Assembly (NCBI GenBank): GCA_030704615.1
Contig: CM060733.1
Coordinates: 48,980,001-49,044,000 of the forward strand
Length of the DNA stretch: 64,000 nt
Origin: Takakia lepidozioides
Lineage: Eukaryota; Plantae; Bryophyta
Direction of reading: 5' to 3'
The notes below the pieces were generated by a model. That model searched no databases. It had not been told where the DNA came from and saw only the letters and a program-made list of their open reading frames with translations. Below are positions 24,589-38,035 of this stretch, piece after piece. Each line of letters begins with the position of its first letter. Within the stretch, counting starts at the first letter, position 1. The position numbers and the translations under genes are program-made.

Positions 24589-27251
24589 CAGAGAGTTCAA
24601 ATGCCTCTCCACCATGACCTTGCTTAGCTAACCATGCCTTGCTGATGTTGTTGTCTTGCACTTGAGCTGTTTTTGGACACTGGCTGGAACATCCACAAGG
24701 CGGCTCTGCTCGAGAGAGAAATCAGCTTGAATGCAGGGGCAGATTTTGAGATCACAATCGCCACTCAGAACGTTGTTCTTTGCACCGGCATGGCATGTCA
24801 GCATGCATATCAGCCCAAACTCATTACTCCGTGAGCCTTCCACTGCCGCAGTGTGCCCATTCAAGCCAGATCTTCGAAACGCAGGGATGGAACGGGGTTT
24901 TGAAACCAGCATTGCCTAACTGGATACCCAATTCAGCTCCGCATCTTGGTCCATTAATCTGCTGCACATTGTGAAGTTTTCTGCCCGTTCACCGCAAGTT
25001 GAAGAAGGAGTATTCTTAAAACATGGGTACTCATAATCTGAAAATGGCTCCAGCTTATGTTGCTTGAGTGCGTGTGGTTGGCTTGGCAGCTTTACATCTG
25101 GTCCATCCCACTCGATATGATGAGCAGGTTCAGCTTGACTTCTCTCACACAAAAGACGCTGCCAAGATGGGGTTTGCTGCCCTACATGACTTCCCGTCGT
25201 TGTTCTGGGCTGCAACATACAATTAATGTGGCCCATGGCGAGGGGCCTTGCCTTCCACCAATCATCTGTAAGTCCTGTGAAACTGTTTTTGTGGCAGTTT
25301 GTAAGCAGTGGGCAGCGATGGTGGGCTGTTGTAGGGTTTGATGAACTCAATGCCGTGTACTGACAACAACCCCTCATCTCTTATGCAAGCATTCAACAAG
25401 CCAAGTTGACTGCAGAGCATACTCAGCCCCTCACGTTTCTAGTTGCCTAATGTTCTTCATCTCCTGGGCAGAGCATTTTCCAGGGTCTCCATCTGTGATG
25501 ACACACTATCTTCTCATGTGGTTCAGCTTCTGGTCTTGCTCTTGTTTGCACCACCCCAATGAAGGGCAGTTCCCACCTGCTTGATTCTCTCTATATGGTT
25601 GTCTTGGGTCTTGGCAGGGTTTCCCACAACCGCCTTTCCTTTTCAGACTGCCAGTCATCAGCCTCGTTCTCCAATGCTTCACTTTCTTCCCAAGTGAAGT
25701 GCTCTCTTCTTTTATGCTTCAACGTCCCTGCAGGTGTCTTTTCCTTCATCTCCCGTGGTGCTTTCGAATGAATGAGCACTGATTTACATCTGTTGGCAAC
25801 ATTTACGGTGTCCCTTTCCTTGCATGCCACTACAGGCCCGCATTGACTTTCTTGGCACGGAAGTCTCCTCCTTCTCCCTCATTTTCTGGCTCTGTTGGTG
25901 CCCCACTCACCATGCTATCAGGGCTGCACTTATTTTGTGGTGTTGCGCCAGCCAAGGGCGATCTCCGATTGTTGGCAACAGCTGATTGGAGTCTTCTTGG
26001 CAGAGTCTCCCACGAGCTCCCATCAATTTCAGGCATCAAGTTTTCTACCCTGCCCTTCCACTTTTCATAAGCGAGGTGCCTGTCTTCCTCCCTTTCACTC
26101 TTCAGCGTCTCAGGCAGATTTTTCTTCATGCGATTGCTGCTCCCATACTTCCAGTCCTTGTTTAATTTTCTCCAGCCATCACCCTCAGATTTGACAAGGT
26201 ATTGCTGCCCTTCCTTGTGTCTTTCCTCACTCCCAGCTGCTGGTTTTATCCCAGATTCACCTCTCATCCTTGCCTGGGGTTTTGCTTGCCAAACAGCCCT
26301 TGTGTGGGGAACTTCAACGAAAGGCAACATCTCATTCTCAGCTCCTGTCTTTGTACCTCTTTGCAGCAGTCCAGCCTCGGGTGCCTCACTTTCTGATTGC
26401 TGGGTTGCATTCTTCGCCGCCAACCTTTGACAAGAAAGTGTGTTCCATCTTCCTCATCTCCTACTGGTTCCCTTGATGCTTCACCTCGTATGTCTTCCTC
26501 CTCATGTTTTAGCAGCAACTCCCATGCTTGAATTGCTACTTTTCCTCGTAGTTGATCTTGTGCTTTCCTTTTTCTCCGTAGCCTCATCAACAGTTTTGTC
26601 TTGGCAGCTCCCTTGCCATGAGTGCCTTGTCTCATTGCATCTCCCTTGGCTGCCCACCATCCGTGGAGTCTTTCTTGCACTATTCTGACCCTCGTTGGCA
26701 TGCACTTTGCTGCGATGCCCCACATGTATTTGCTGCTCCCTTTAATCATCAACATAGTGCTCCAGAGCCAGTTCCTCATTGTTGACCAGTTGACCTTCTC
26801 AGCCCTTGGACCCCATTTTCCCTTCTCCCATGTTGCCTCGTCTTTCTGCTTCATCGTTTGCTTTACTTGCACAATGTTGCTTCTTCCCTACAGCTCATCA
26901 TGTGTTGTGGCTCTTTCCCATGTTGCACTCACTCCCATCATACGTTGTGCAGTTGATAAGACTGAGATGAGTTGATGCAGGATAGGGGGAGGGCTTGCTG
27001 GTGTATGTTGTCCGATAGGCCCCATGCACAGAGTCAAAGCTGGAAGTCAGCCTTGCAAGGACCCAAGTGAGAGAAGTTTGGTGGGGGTAGCATCTTGGGG
27101 GATGGCAGTTAGGGCAATGTGTGTCTAGGGCAATATATGTCATAGCAGCGGATGATGTGCTACCAATTTTGAGGATAGAGACAGCCTGTAAGCTGTAGAT
27201 TTGTACAAGTGGTTTCTTCTGACACATATTGCTCCCAGTTTGCCACAACCA
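24589..27251. mobile_element. 2.66-kb unclassified insertion splitting a PPR motif
   Basis: The PPR motif ...SDHITF breaks at 24588 and resumes as VCVCSAC at ~27252. The insert has degenerate low-complexity minus-strand ORFs. Confidence 0.55.
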
Positions 27252-27399
27252 GTTGTTTGCGTTTGTAGTGCATGTGCGAGCCTGCTGGGGAAGGGCAAAG
27301 AGGTCCATGGTTGCATCGTCAAAGCTAGAATTGTGGCAGATGTCATTCTGAACAATACCCTTGTGGACAGGGAGTGTTCAACAATATGGCTGAGCGAAG
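27252..27399 (+). pseudogene. PPR fragment (continuation)
   Basis: VCVCSACASLLGKGKEVHGCIVKARIVADVILNNTLVD; near-duplicate of 24320-24469. Confidence 0.8.
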
Positions 27400-27417
27400 G
27401 ATAGAGTGTAATGACTG

Positions 27418-28500
27418 CTAATGAAGGCACCTTCTTCAATTTCACCTTGTTTTCCCCTCTTATCAGAATCGCCCCTAATTATTCATGTCTGAATTCTGCA
27501 AGTTAGCTGGTTGAGTGAAGCTTTGATAGTTTGGAGTGACTTTGACATGATTCTACCAATGTGTCAACAGGAAAGTATCAGAAACAGGTAACACAGACGA
27601 GGAGAAGTTGTGGAATGAATATTTTTCTGACCCCAGTCAATGGTGGGACAATCGAGGCAAGAAGGTGAATGTTTGTTGGATTATAGAGAGTAGCAGATGC
27701 AATTGAGCGTAGGAACTAGTGTGATAAGTTGAGTTGGGTGCTTCCTAGAACAAGTCTAGGCTGTCATCGTCAACTACTAGCAACAAGGCAAGGTTGTATG
27801 CATGATTCGTGCGAGGCATGGATAGTTGAAGGAGCAAGGATAGAGTGTGGGTGCAGATTCACCCAAGAGGGCCAGACTTCAAGCTCCAGATTAACTATGA
27901 AGCTACAAGAAACCTGCATGGGTAGATGGTCAACTGGCAGCAACGGCACAATTGATAAAATCAGACATTGTTAATGAAGGCATCTTCTTCAGCACATTTC
28001 ACCCTGTTTTTCCCTCTTATTAGAATCGGTCCAAAATTTCCATGTTGAATTATGCAAGTTAACTGGTTGAGTGAATCTAGTTTGGAATGACTTTGACATG
28101 ATACTGCTATGTGACAACAGGAAAGTATCAAAAAACAAGTAATAGACATGAGGAGAAGTTGTGGAATGAATACTTTTCTGCCCCCAGTCAATGATATGGA
28201 CAACCGAGGCAAAAAGGTGAATGCCTGCTACATTTCAGAGAGTAGCAGACGCAATTGAGCATAGGAACTAGTGTGATAAGCTGAGTTGGGTGTTTCCTAG
28301 AACAAATGTAGGTTGTCATTGTCAGCTACTAGCAGCAAGGCAAGGATGAATGCATGATTTGTGCAGGGGCATGGATAGCTGAAGGAGCAGGGATAGAGTG
28401 TGGTCCAGATTCATCCTAGAGGGCCAAATTTCAAACACAAGATTTACCTATGATTCCCTGTGGATCAATAACTACAAGAAACCTCTATGGGTAGATGGTC
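27418..28500. repeat. Diverged tandem duplication, ~550 bp x2; parts recur at 37515-37730 and 39735-39885
   Basis: AATGAAGGCA(C/T)CTTCTTCA...GGGTAGATGGTC repeated at ~27420 and ~27973. Confidence 0.8.
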
Positions 28501-29319
28501 TATTCCGTGGAACTCACTGAAGTCTTGCATTATGAGGATCAGAACTGCTTGACTTGCACGAGGCCTTGACCCTTAGGCAATCCCCAGAGCAGCAGTAGCT
28601 TTTGGGCTGCTTTTTTACTTTGTGTTTTTTATTTTGTCCCATAAGCTCTTTGAGCTTTCCGCAGATGTAATAAAGTACCATTTTGTTTCATTTCATTCAT
28701 TTTCATTTCATTTTGTTTCATGGCATGTCTTTCATCGTTTGTGCATTTCTAATGCATGATTAGTTCTCTTGTATGGCAGTACTAGTCGACTCACTACAAA
28801 CACCAAAACTCCAAAGCATGAATCACTATGAATGATTGTTCAAGTAATTTCGAGCACTTCATGTAAAGTAGTAAAGCAGTGGTTGCGCCAACTTCCGCAG
28901 TCGCAATTGCCACTGGGCATGTAGCACTGCAAGTTATGTGGTCTACTACCACGTGGCGCCCCGGGCCCGTGGCCACGTGGCAGCAGTGGTGCTCGTCGTG
29001 GCGCCGCCACGTTAGCATCCACATCGTCGTCCACATCCGCGTCCATGTGTCACCGCGCTTCAGTGAGTCGGTCCACTCATCCGGAGGGAAAAGTCAAAGT
29101 CAGCCCAAAAGGTCAAACACACGGGCGGCTCGCCTGGTTACGCCACGTGGTTCTTCAGCATTAATCGCTGAGCAGTTGTTCGCGCGTCTGCGTCCTTTAC
29201 CACTCCAATCATTGGATGTCCAACCCAACTACCATATCTGTTGTAACTAGTCTGTTGTAACTTCCAGTCGATCCCAGTTTTTTGACTTTTACGACTCAAA
29301 ATGAGTCGTTACCCCAGTG

Positions 29320-29740
29320 GTAAATGACAAGAAAGCTTCTAGTGAATTTGTTACGACACTACGAAGTCAACTAAATCAACCTCGAGACAATCTACAGGTT
29401 ACAAACGACTTCGAATTCAAAGATGACTTACTTTATTTCAAGGGACTTCTCTATGTACCTCCAAGACCTACACGACTTCGAATTCTTCAAACATGTCATG
29501 ATCTTCCGGTTGCAGGACATTTCGGCTTCAACAAAACAATGGAATTGGTATCCAGAGTTCGTGAGGATAGATATTGGTGGCCGCAGATGTGAAAACTCGT
29601 GAAAATTTTTATAAAATCTTGCAACACGTGTATTAGAGCGAAGGGACCACGACATCGACCTTATGGCCTTCTTCAACCATTACCCATTCCCAAGGGTCCA
29701 TGGTCGTCCGTGTCTATGTACTTTATTACGAATCTTCCAA
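29320..29740 (+). pseudogene. Gypsy integrase zinc-binding (HHCC) domain fragment
   Basis: LLYFKGLLYVP..LRILQTCHDLPVAGHFG...SCNTC...YGLLQPLPIPKGPWSSVSM.FITNLP. Confidence 0.9.
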
Positions 29741-30317
29741 AAATTACATCTGCAACGGCGTTTGCTATTTTCCATTACGACGTCATATGCGTCTACGCAG
29801 ATTTTATAAGGGATTCAAGGTAAATATGAAATATGTGCCCCAACATGAAAACACCAAACTAATTTTCATCTATAATATTTCATCCATAGTATTATCCATG
29901 GATAAGATCAAGTCCTTGCCTAATATACTATGAGATCCTTTAGGTGCTTCTTTGACTCATCTATAGTATTTCTATCCATAGAAATACCATGGGTAAGAGC
30001 AAACTGTACTACACTGTGAGATTCTTTGGTTGATTCTTTGACTCATCTATAACATCTATCATATTGAAGAAGAGAGTCATTGCTGGGATGTACGTAGCCA
30101 ACTACGGTCTCACTAAAATTTAGAGACAAATATGTATAAGGAAGTGGAGGGTGTTCTTGGATTTGAGGGACTTAGTCCAAGGGAAGCAACCCAAGGCGCG
30201 GGCCCAAAAATCTAAGAAAGCCCGACAAGAGGGGCCTTCCCTGCGTAAAGAAGAGAGAGAAGACTCCAGTCAGTGGACCGGCGTAACTAAGAGCCACTTC
30301 GCCTTACAGCTACTACC

Positions 30318-30623
30318 TCATTTCAAGGAGGATACCACGACAACGGGGGTGGATCCGAGCCACAGGTACATGAGAGGGCCATACTTCGCAGCCAGGCATG
30401 CCGATGCCTGGTGGGGCCGCTCACCCAAAAATAGAAGATTGCCCAGGATCGGCCATAGGCGCGGTCCCAGTGGTAGCCTCATTCGTAACCTTCTTAGAAA
30501 GAAATAGTGCGCTGCAACAGCGCAGAGTATACCTGCCAGCGCTAGCAGCCCCACACTGTCATGAGTCAACCACATGGTTGCAGGTTGATCTAGCTTGGTG
30601 GATGCTTCCATGCCTTCCATCAC
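30318..30623 (-). pseudogene. Cytochrome P450 (CYP71-clan-like) N-terminal fragment
   Basis: Membrane anchor followed by LPLGPRLWPILGNL...PHQ...LAAKYGPLMYLWLGSTPVVVVSS, then a stop. No downstream P450 sequence found. Confidence 0.85.
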
Positions 30624-31145
30624 CTTCAGTGAAGCTGCAACAGCGACTCAAGCTCAGCTCAATTCTTCATGTTCTCATTCTTCCTCTCGCTCCACCTCTA
30701 CATCTCTCACAAGTCCAGTCTCCTTGCTGTGTGTCGACATCTAGGTAATGAGGAGGAAGACGTTCACGCTGAGGACATGCCACGCTCGTGAGGCCATTTG
30801 CTGAAGCGAAGAACTTTGTACGAAGTGCTAACTTTCTCTATTGTGGAGTCATCAAACTGTAGTTTGGAATTAAGTAGATATCAAAGAGAGAGTAGAGATG
30901 CTTAGGAATAAAATGGGTCCCCCAATTCGTCGTTTCTTTAACAACAACAATAATAATAATAATATTTGACGCCTCCCAAATGAGTCGTTTATTTAGATCT
31001 CTATCATCCTTGCAAAATCAACGCCATCATTTAAAACTCTAACAGTGATACATGGTTTGTGTCATAGCTTGATTTCTACCCTTTCCCTTGGGGCTTGAGC
31101 CATGTGCTCCGCGCTTCATGGTGAGGTTGCTTTGAAAGAGGTTAT

Positions 31146-31340
31146 ACCGTCCCTGGACAACGGATTAGGCATTTTTGCGCCTGATAATAAAATCAATCAA
31201 TCAAAAAATTAGGCATGTTTTGAAAACATTTTCTCAAATTAGGCATCTTCATGCTATAAGTTTTTATAATTAGGCACATGAGAAGATAAAACATTTATTT
31301 TCTTAAGAATAAAATAATTTTATAACAAATTTGCCTAAAT
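31146..31340. mobile_element. Truncated end of a TTAGGCA-repeat Tc1/pogo-type MITE
   Basis: TACCGT...GGATTAGGCA followed by spaced TTAGGCA copies, as in 60812-61643. Confidence 0.5.
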
Positions 31341-31359
31341 TGTTCTTTAGTTAGTTAAG

Positions 31360-34300
31360 ATGGAAGACACATTTGCGGAAATAGTCGCCACATTACAGAG
31401 TCTTCAGCTCCAGATGCAAGAACTTCGTACCTCTACCGCCCAATTGTAACCTGATCAGTCTCAAGATCTTGGTAACGCTCTCCATAATTTGCAACAACAA
31501 ATTTCAGAGTTAAAGGAGTCGAACAATAGATCTTCAACCATACGAGTCCCTACTGTAACAGCTCCTACTGCAATGGTTCTTCTTCAACAGATTACGAGAG
31601 AACAGAAAATCAGCATGCCAGAGAAATTTGATGGGACGATATCAAGATTTCGCGGTTTTGTTCAACAAGTACGATTGTTCCTACGACTACATCCACAACG
31701 CTACCCCGATGAATGTATTCAAGTGGGATTTGTGGGCACCCTTCTATCAGGCACTGCCCTATCTAGGTTTGCACCGCTATTAAAAAAAAAATCGCATTTA
31801 CTATATAATTTTGAAGCATTCATGTCCGAGTTCACTGTAATGTTTGGAGAGAATGATAGAGAGAGAGTTGCAGAGACAAAGATGCGAAATCTACGACAAG
31901 GAGAACGTCATGCTTCCGTTTATGCTGCCGAATTTCGACAACTTGCGTGCGACCTCGAATGGAATGAGAAGAGCCTCATTAGTCAGTTTTGATGTGGACT
32001 AAAAGATGAAGATTTGTTGCTGATAATGCCAAACGTGAGCACACTGAGTGAATTCATCACCCAAGTCATTGCATGCGATAATCGTTTGTTCAAAAGACGT
32101 CAAGAGAAGGGATCTAGATGGTCGAAGACGCATCATGCCGATGCTACTACGGCACCAAACACAATGATCCATTAGACATCTGGTAGTGATCATATACAAA
32201 TTGATGTTGTCCGATTCAAGCCATTGACGCCACAAGAAAAACAAAGACGGCGCTCGAATAGATTATGTCTCTATTGCGGAGAAGAAGATCATATAGCATT
32301 TAATTGTCCCAACAAGAGAAGATTCAAAGCTCGGGGCGCAACTCAAGTGTTCGATACGAGGAGGTCGGAAAACGAAGATGTCCAGTCATAGTAGGGACCA
32401 TGCGGCTGGACACCACAAATTCCTCAAAAAAAAAATGTCTCTTTCTATCTCCAGACCCTGCACCTTGCTTCACAGTGTAAAAATCAGAGTGCAAAATCGA
32501 GATATCTCTGTAGAAGCACTTTTGGACTTAAGGGCTTCAGCTTGTTTTATGGACAAAAACTTTGCGAAGCAACACAATTTAACGCTCGTAAAGAAGAAAC
32601 TCTCAGCTCCCGTTGAAGTCATCGATGGACGACCGTTAGCATGAGGAAATGTGGACCATGAAACTCGACCACTTGAAGTGAAGCTTAAAGATCAAGCATC
32701 ACATATTGTTTTCAATGTCATCCAGTCTTCAATGAATCCTATGATCCTTGAACTTCCCTGGTTCGTACTTTATAATCTCGACATCGACTGGCGATTGCGG
32801 AAAATTTCTGTAAGACAAAAATGTAGAAATATCAAAGGTATTCAACCCCTGTTCCTTGGAGCTAGAGCTTTCATGAGAGCTACCAAAACTGAGATGACAT
32901 TTGCACTTTATGCGACTCTGATCAAGACCACAACAGACAAAGGTACTTCAACATTACCCGCTCATATCAAGATTTCAAATATGTCTTCGAGAAGAAAAAT
33001 GCAGACATATTGCCCAAACATCGATCTTATGACTGCGCAATTGAGTTACAAGAAGGAGCCCAACCACCATTCAGCCCAATCTATAACTTATCCCAGACAG
33101 AATTGGCTGCATTACGTGAATACATTGATGATAATTTGTCGAAACACTTCATCTGACATTCAAAATCACCTGCGGGGGCGCCTATCTTGTTTGTGAAAAA
33201 AAAGACGGATCATTACGCATGTGTGTCGATTATCACGGTCTCAACAAAGTCACAATCAAGAATCGTTATCCGTTGCCGCTGATTTCTGGGTTTCTCGACC
33301 AACTGGGACGAACGAAGATTTTCACCAAAATTGACTTGAGATGAGCTTATAACCTTGTACGGATAAAAGAAGGAGACGAATGGAAAACAACTTTTCGAAC
33401 AAGGTATGGACATTTTGAATACAGTGTTATGCCTTTCGGTCTTACAAATGCTCCAGCAATTTTCCAACATATGATGAATGACATCTTTCGAGAATTTTTA
33501 GATTACTTTGTAGTCATCTATTTGGACGACATTTTGATATTTTCACAGAATGAAGAAGAACATGGTCGCCATGTACGCCTTGTCATTGATAAATTAAGAG
33601 AAAGATGACTATATGTCAAGTTGGAGAAATGTCTTTTCCATCAATCTGAGGTCGAATTTCTGGACTACATTATTTCTGACAAAGACGTCTTTATAGATAA
33701 GAAGACAATACAAACCATTATCGAGTGGATTAAACCAACTTCGGTCCGAGATATACAATGTTTTCTGGGTTTTGCAAATTTCTATAGAATCTTCATAAAT
33801 GACTACTCCAAAATTGCTGCACCATTGACACGACTCACAGGGATGGACAAATTTGTATAGGATGAGAAGGCTGACCAGACATTTGAAAGGCTAAAGCAGG
33901 CATTTACAACGGCTCCAATACTGGTAAATGCAGACCCATCTAAATCATTCTTCTTGGAAGCAGATGCATCGGACTTTGCACTTGGCGCTATACTATCTCA
34001 ATACGGTACGGATGGCCGACTTCACACTATTGGTTTTCGTTCTCACAAATTTTCCGCTGTAGAGATCAATTATGAATTCCATGACAAAGAAATTCTAGCA
34101 ATCATCGATGTTTTTGAGGATAGCGTCATCTACTGGAGGGAGCTAAACATTATGTCACTGTCTACACCGATCACAAAAAACCTTGAATATTTTATGAGTG
34201 CTCGTGTTTTGAATCGACGTTAAGCCAGATGGGGTATGTCACTAGCAAGGTTTGATTTTGTTATTACCTATCGCCCTGGACATCTTCAAAGGAAACCCGA

Positions 34301-34410
34301 TGCTCTTTCTCGACGATTGTATCTTGCGCCGAAAAAAAAAATGACAGCTTTCAACCAACAAAAATCCATCATCTTGAAACCAGCAAATCTCCAATTGAAT
34401 ATGTTATCCA
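31360..34410 (+). mobile_element. Ty3/Gypsy (Tcn1-like) gag-protease-RT-RNase H, degenerate, lacking LTR and integrase
   Basis: gag MPEKFDG, CCHC CLYCGEEDHIAFNC, protease [39 protein letters not shown], RNase H EADASDFALGAIL, KPDALSR. Many stops. Confidence 0.95.
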
Positions 34411-34804
34411 TGTGCTACCGATCGTTCGCGATGTTATGCCTCATGGCCCTCGGTACTGGTTATTGTTTCTACGACACCTTTTTTTAAATATGAATTACAC
34501 CCCCTCTTCTCCCCTTAATGTTTTTTAAGAAAAAAGAGAATAAGGTGTCCACCTACCAATGGAAGGGAAGATAATAGGAATAATGTAAGAACTTAATGCA
34601 AGCGCGTCAGGATGGTCCAGCCCTGACACCCGTACCGCCGGTTCTTCGCCTCCGGCAGACATCGAAAGGCAGCCGGCTGGGCTCGGTCAATCCCTCCCCA
34701 CCCCCGCCCTCATCCCATCGGCGTCGTCGTCCCAGGCGCGTCGTCGCCCCCTGCGTCGTCGTTTTGCGACACCAGTCCGCCGCTTCCAGCAGTCCGCCAG
34801 TTCC

Positions 34805-36180
34805 CTGTAACCCCCGCCCCGGGTTCAACCATCACCCCCATGTAACCCTCTGTAACTCCGCCGAGTGTAACCCACACCACCATGTAACCCTTTGTAACCC
34901 ATATAACCCCATGATCCTCTGTAACCCTCACCACCATGTAACCCTATGTAACCCATGTAACCCTCTATAACACCGCAGAGTGTCACCCCCACCCCTATGT
35001 AACCCTCACTACATGTAATCCTCTATAACACTTTGCAACCCATGTAACCCTATGTAACCCTCTGTAACCCATGTAACCCTCTGTAACACCGCAGAGTGTA
35101 ACCCTCACTCCATGTAACCCTCTGTAACCCTTTGTAACCCATGTAATCCTCTGTGACCCTCTATAACCCATGTAACCCTCTGTCACCCTTTGTAACCCTC
35201 ACCACCATGTAACCCTCTGTAACACCGCAGAGTGTCACCCTCACCACCATGTAACCCTCTGTAACCCATGTAACCCTCTGTGACCCTCTATATCCCTCAC
35301 CAGGTGTAACCCTTACCACCATGTAACCCTCTGTAACACCGCAGAGTGTCACCCTCGCCACCATGTAACCCTCCGTAACCCTCACAAACCCTCTGTGACA
35401 CCGCAGAGTGTCACCCTCATCCCCATGTAACCCTCTATGGCTCTTTAACCCATGTAACCCTCTGTAACACCGCAAAGTGTCACCCTCACCCCTTATGTAA
35501 CCCTCACTCCATGTAACCCTATGTAACCCATGTAACCCTCTGTGACCCTTTGTAACCCTCACCACCATGTAACCCTCTGTAACACCGCAGAGTGTCACCC
35601 TCACCCCTATGTAACCCTCATTCCATGTAACCCTTTCTGACCCTCTGTAACCCTCACCACCATGTAATCCTCTGTAACCCATGTAACCCTCTGTGACCCT
35701 CTATATCCCTCACCAGGTGTAACCCTTACCACCATGTAACCCTCTGTAACACCACAGAGTGTCACCCTCGCCACCATGTAATCCTCACTCCATGTAACCC
35801 TCACAAACCCTCTGTGGCTCTGTAACCCATGTAACCCTCTGTAACACCGCAGAGTGTCGCCCTCACCCCTTATGTAACCCTCACTCCATGTAACCATATG
35901 TAACCCATGTAACCCTCTGTCACCCTTTGTAACCCTCACCACGATGTAACCCTCTGTAACACCGCAGAGTGTCACCCTCACCCCTATGTAACCCTCATTC
36001 CATGTAACCCTCTCTGACCCTCTGTAACCCTCACCACCATGTAACCCATGTAACCTTCTGTGACCCTCTATATCCCTCACCAGGTGTAACCCTTACCACC
36101 ATGTAACCCTCTGTAACACCGCAGAGTGTCACCCTCGCCACCATGTAACCCTCACTCCATATAACCCTCACAAACCCTCT
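34805..36180 (+). repeat. Subterminal TGTAACCC/TGTCACCC motif array A
   Basis: Dense CATGTAACCC(TC) units with the recurrent block TAACACCGCAGAGTGTCACCC. Higher-order marker TATATCCCTCACCAGG at 35289, 35702, 36069. Confidence 0.95.
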
Positions 36181-36301
36181 GGTTACACTCCGCTATTCCG
36201 GGTGACACCGGGATTGCAACTCATACACGTGTGAGTCAGTGCGGATATAATTGATTGCAAGCCGCCAGATTTTAATGAACCCCCGTCTTTCACTTAACCG
36301 A

Positions 36302-36745
36302 CACTACAAGAGATGAGTGTTTTAGGACTACGGATTTGGCGGAGTCATAAAAACGGCACTAGGTATACGACTACAGAGCGCTGAAATGCGTTGCAGTCAT
36401 AGTTTTATCACTTTATAGTAATGGATATCACTACATGACTCCGGAAAATTAAGGAGCATTGGTCAAACATTGTTGACCATGATGACAAGGATGGTTTTAT
36501 GACTAGTGTGATATGTTTGACTAGACGTGGACGACGTTTCATGGAATCTTGTGACTCCATGACTGAAGATGGTTTTACAGCTCTATTTATACGACTACAT
36601 CCCTACACGTGTCATTTTGAAAGCACATACATGAATGTATTCATCCATTGGATGAGTTTATCCATCGATGACATGGCATGTAAACTTATGAGTCCCTTAC
36701 TGCAAATTGTTTCATAACTCTATATATATGACTACATCACTACAC
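36302..36745 (+). mobile_element. CACTA-like terminal fragment
   Basis: Begins CACTACAAGAGATGAG, followed by many ATGACTA/TAGTCAT-type subterminal repeats. Similar to 59645. Confidence 0.55.
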
Positions 36746-37064
36746 ATGTCATTTAAAAGGCATATACATTAATGAATTCATTCAATGGATGGGTTCATCC
36801 ATCCGCCTATACGGTGTGTCGATTTGATATATGTTCAATAAATTGGACCTGGATGGACGTGGCTTAACAAGGATCGCAAGATATATGAGATTAAAATACG
36901 TTGTTGTACAAGGTTAGATCATGTGATGGAAATTATTTTGAATCATTAGATTTTACAGGATCTAACGGTCTAGATTGTTTAAGATCTAACGGTTTAAGAT
37001 TACACCGCCGAACTTTACACCGGGCTGGGACTTAGGCTCTTTTGTCTCCTGCGTTTCACCATCT

Positions 37065-38035
37065 ATTTGATGTTGTGTCATGGAACGCGATGATCGCAAG
37101 ATATGCAGGGGCGTGGGATGGAGGCTTTGCAGACCTTCCTACTCTTGAGCAAATGATGCAGGAAGGAGAAAAGGAGGAGGAGAGGAGACGAGGAGAAGAT
37201 CCCAACATTCTTGTGAGCTCGTCGTTTTTGGGAGAGAGACGAGACGAGGAGACGCTCGTCGTTCTTGGGAGAGTCAGCTTGGTCTTAGTAGGCCGTGTTT
37301 CAATCTCTGCCTGCTCAGCTGCACCGTGGTGGTTCGATCTCACATACCAATCCAACATTACCTGACTACAGATACAAACAGCACACACAAGGGGTCCTTT
37401 TGGGCTGATGGTCAGTCAAATCCTCTATGGGTCATGATACAAGGTAAAGGACAATGTGGTGAGGATACCTTCTTCTTTGACCTATTTCAGCCTATTTTGC
37501 TCTGTTTGGCAGCATGAAAGTATCCAAAAACAGGTAATAGAGATGAGGAGAAGCTTTGGAATGAACACTTTTCCGACCCCAGTCAATGGCGAGACAATGG
37601 AGACAAAAAGGTGAATGCATGTTGGACTACACTAGAGAGAAGTAGATGCAATTTAGAATTAGAACTACTGTAATAATTAGGGTTGGGGTTTGCTGGAAGA
37701 ACTTCACGCCGTCAGTGTCAGCTGCTAGCAGCAAGTATTCATGATTTGAGGGATGGAGGCTTTGGAGACCTATGAGCAAATTATGAGGGAAGGGATACTG
37801 AAGCCCGACCACATAACGTGTGTATGTGTTTGCAATGCGTGTGCAAGCCTGGCAGCCCTGGAAAAGGGCAGAAGGTCTATGGTTGCATCATCAAAGCTGC
37901 AAATGTACCAGATGTCATTTTGAACACTCCCCTGGTGGACAATATGTATGCCAAATGTAGGTGTAGCAAGGATGCAAAGGGAGTGTTCAACAACATGGCT
38001 GAACAAGATGTGGTGTCTTGGAGTACCATGATGAC
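37065..38035 (+). pseudogene. Captured PPR fragments and host-derived patchwork inside the MULE
   Basis: DVVSWNAMIARYA; ILNTPLVDNMYAKCRCSKDAKGVFNNMAEQDVVSWSTM. 37273-37490 matches 23555-23768. Confidence 0.8.

Noticed and set aside
23150-29319. Single Pack-CACTA element enclosing the PPR region
   Set aside because: The ends CACTAGAGAACGACTC and GAGTCGTTACCCCAGTG are only loosely complementary, and the flanks (AAG vs GTA) give no 3-bp TSD.
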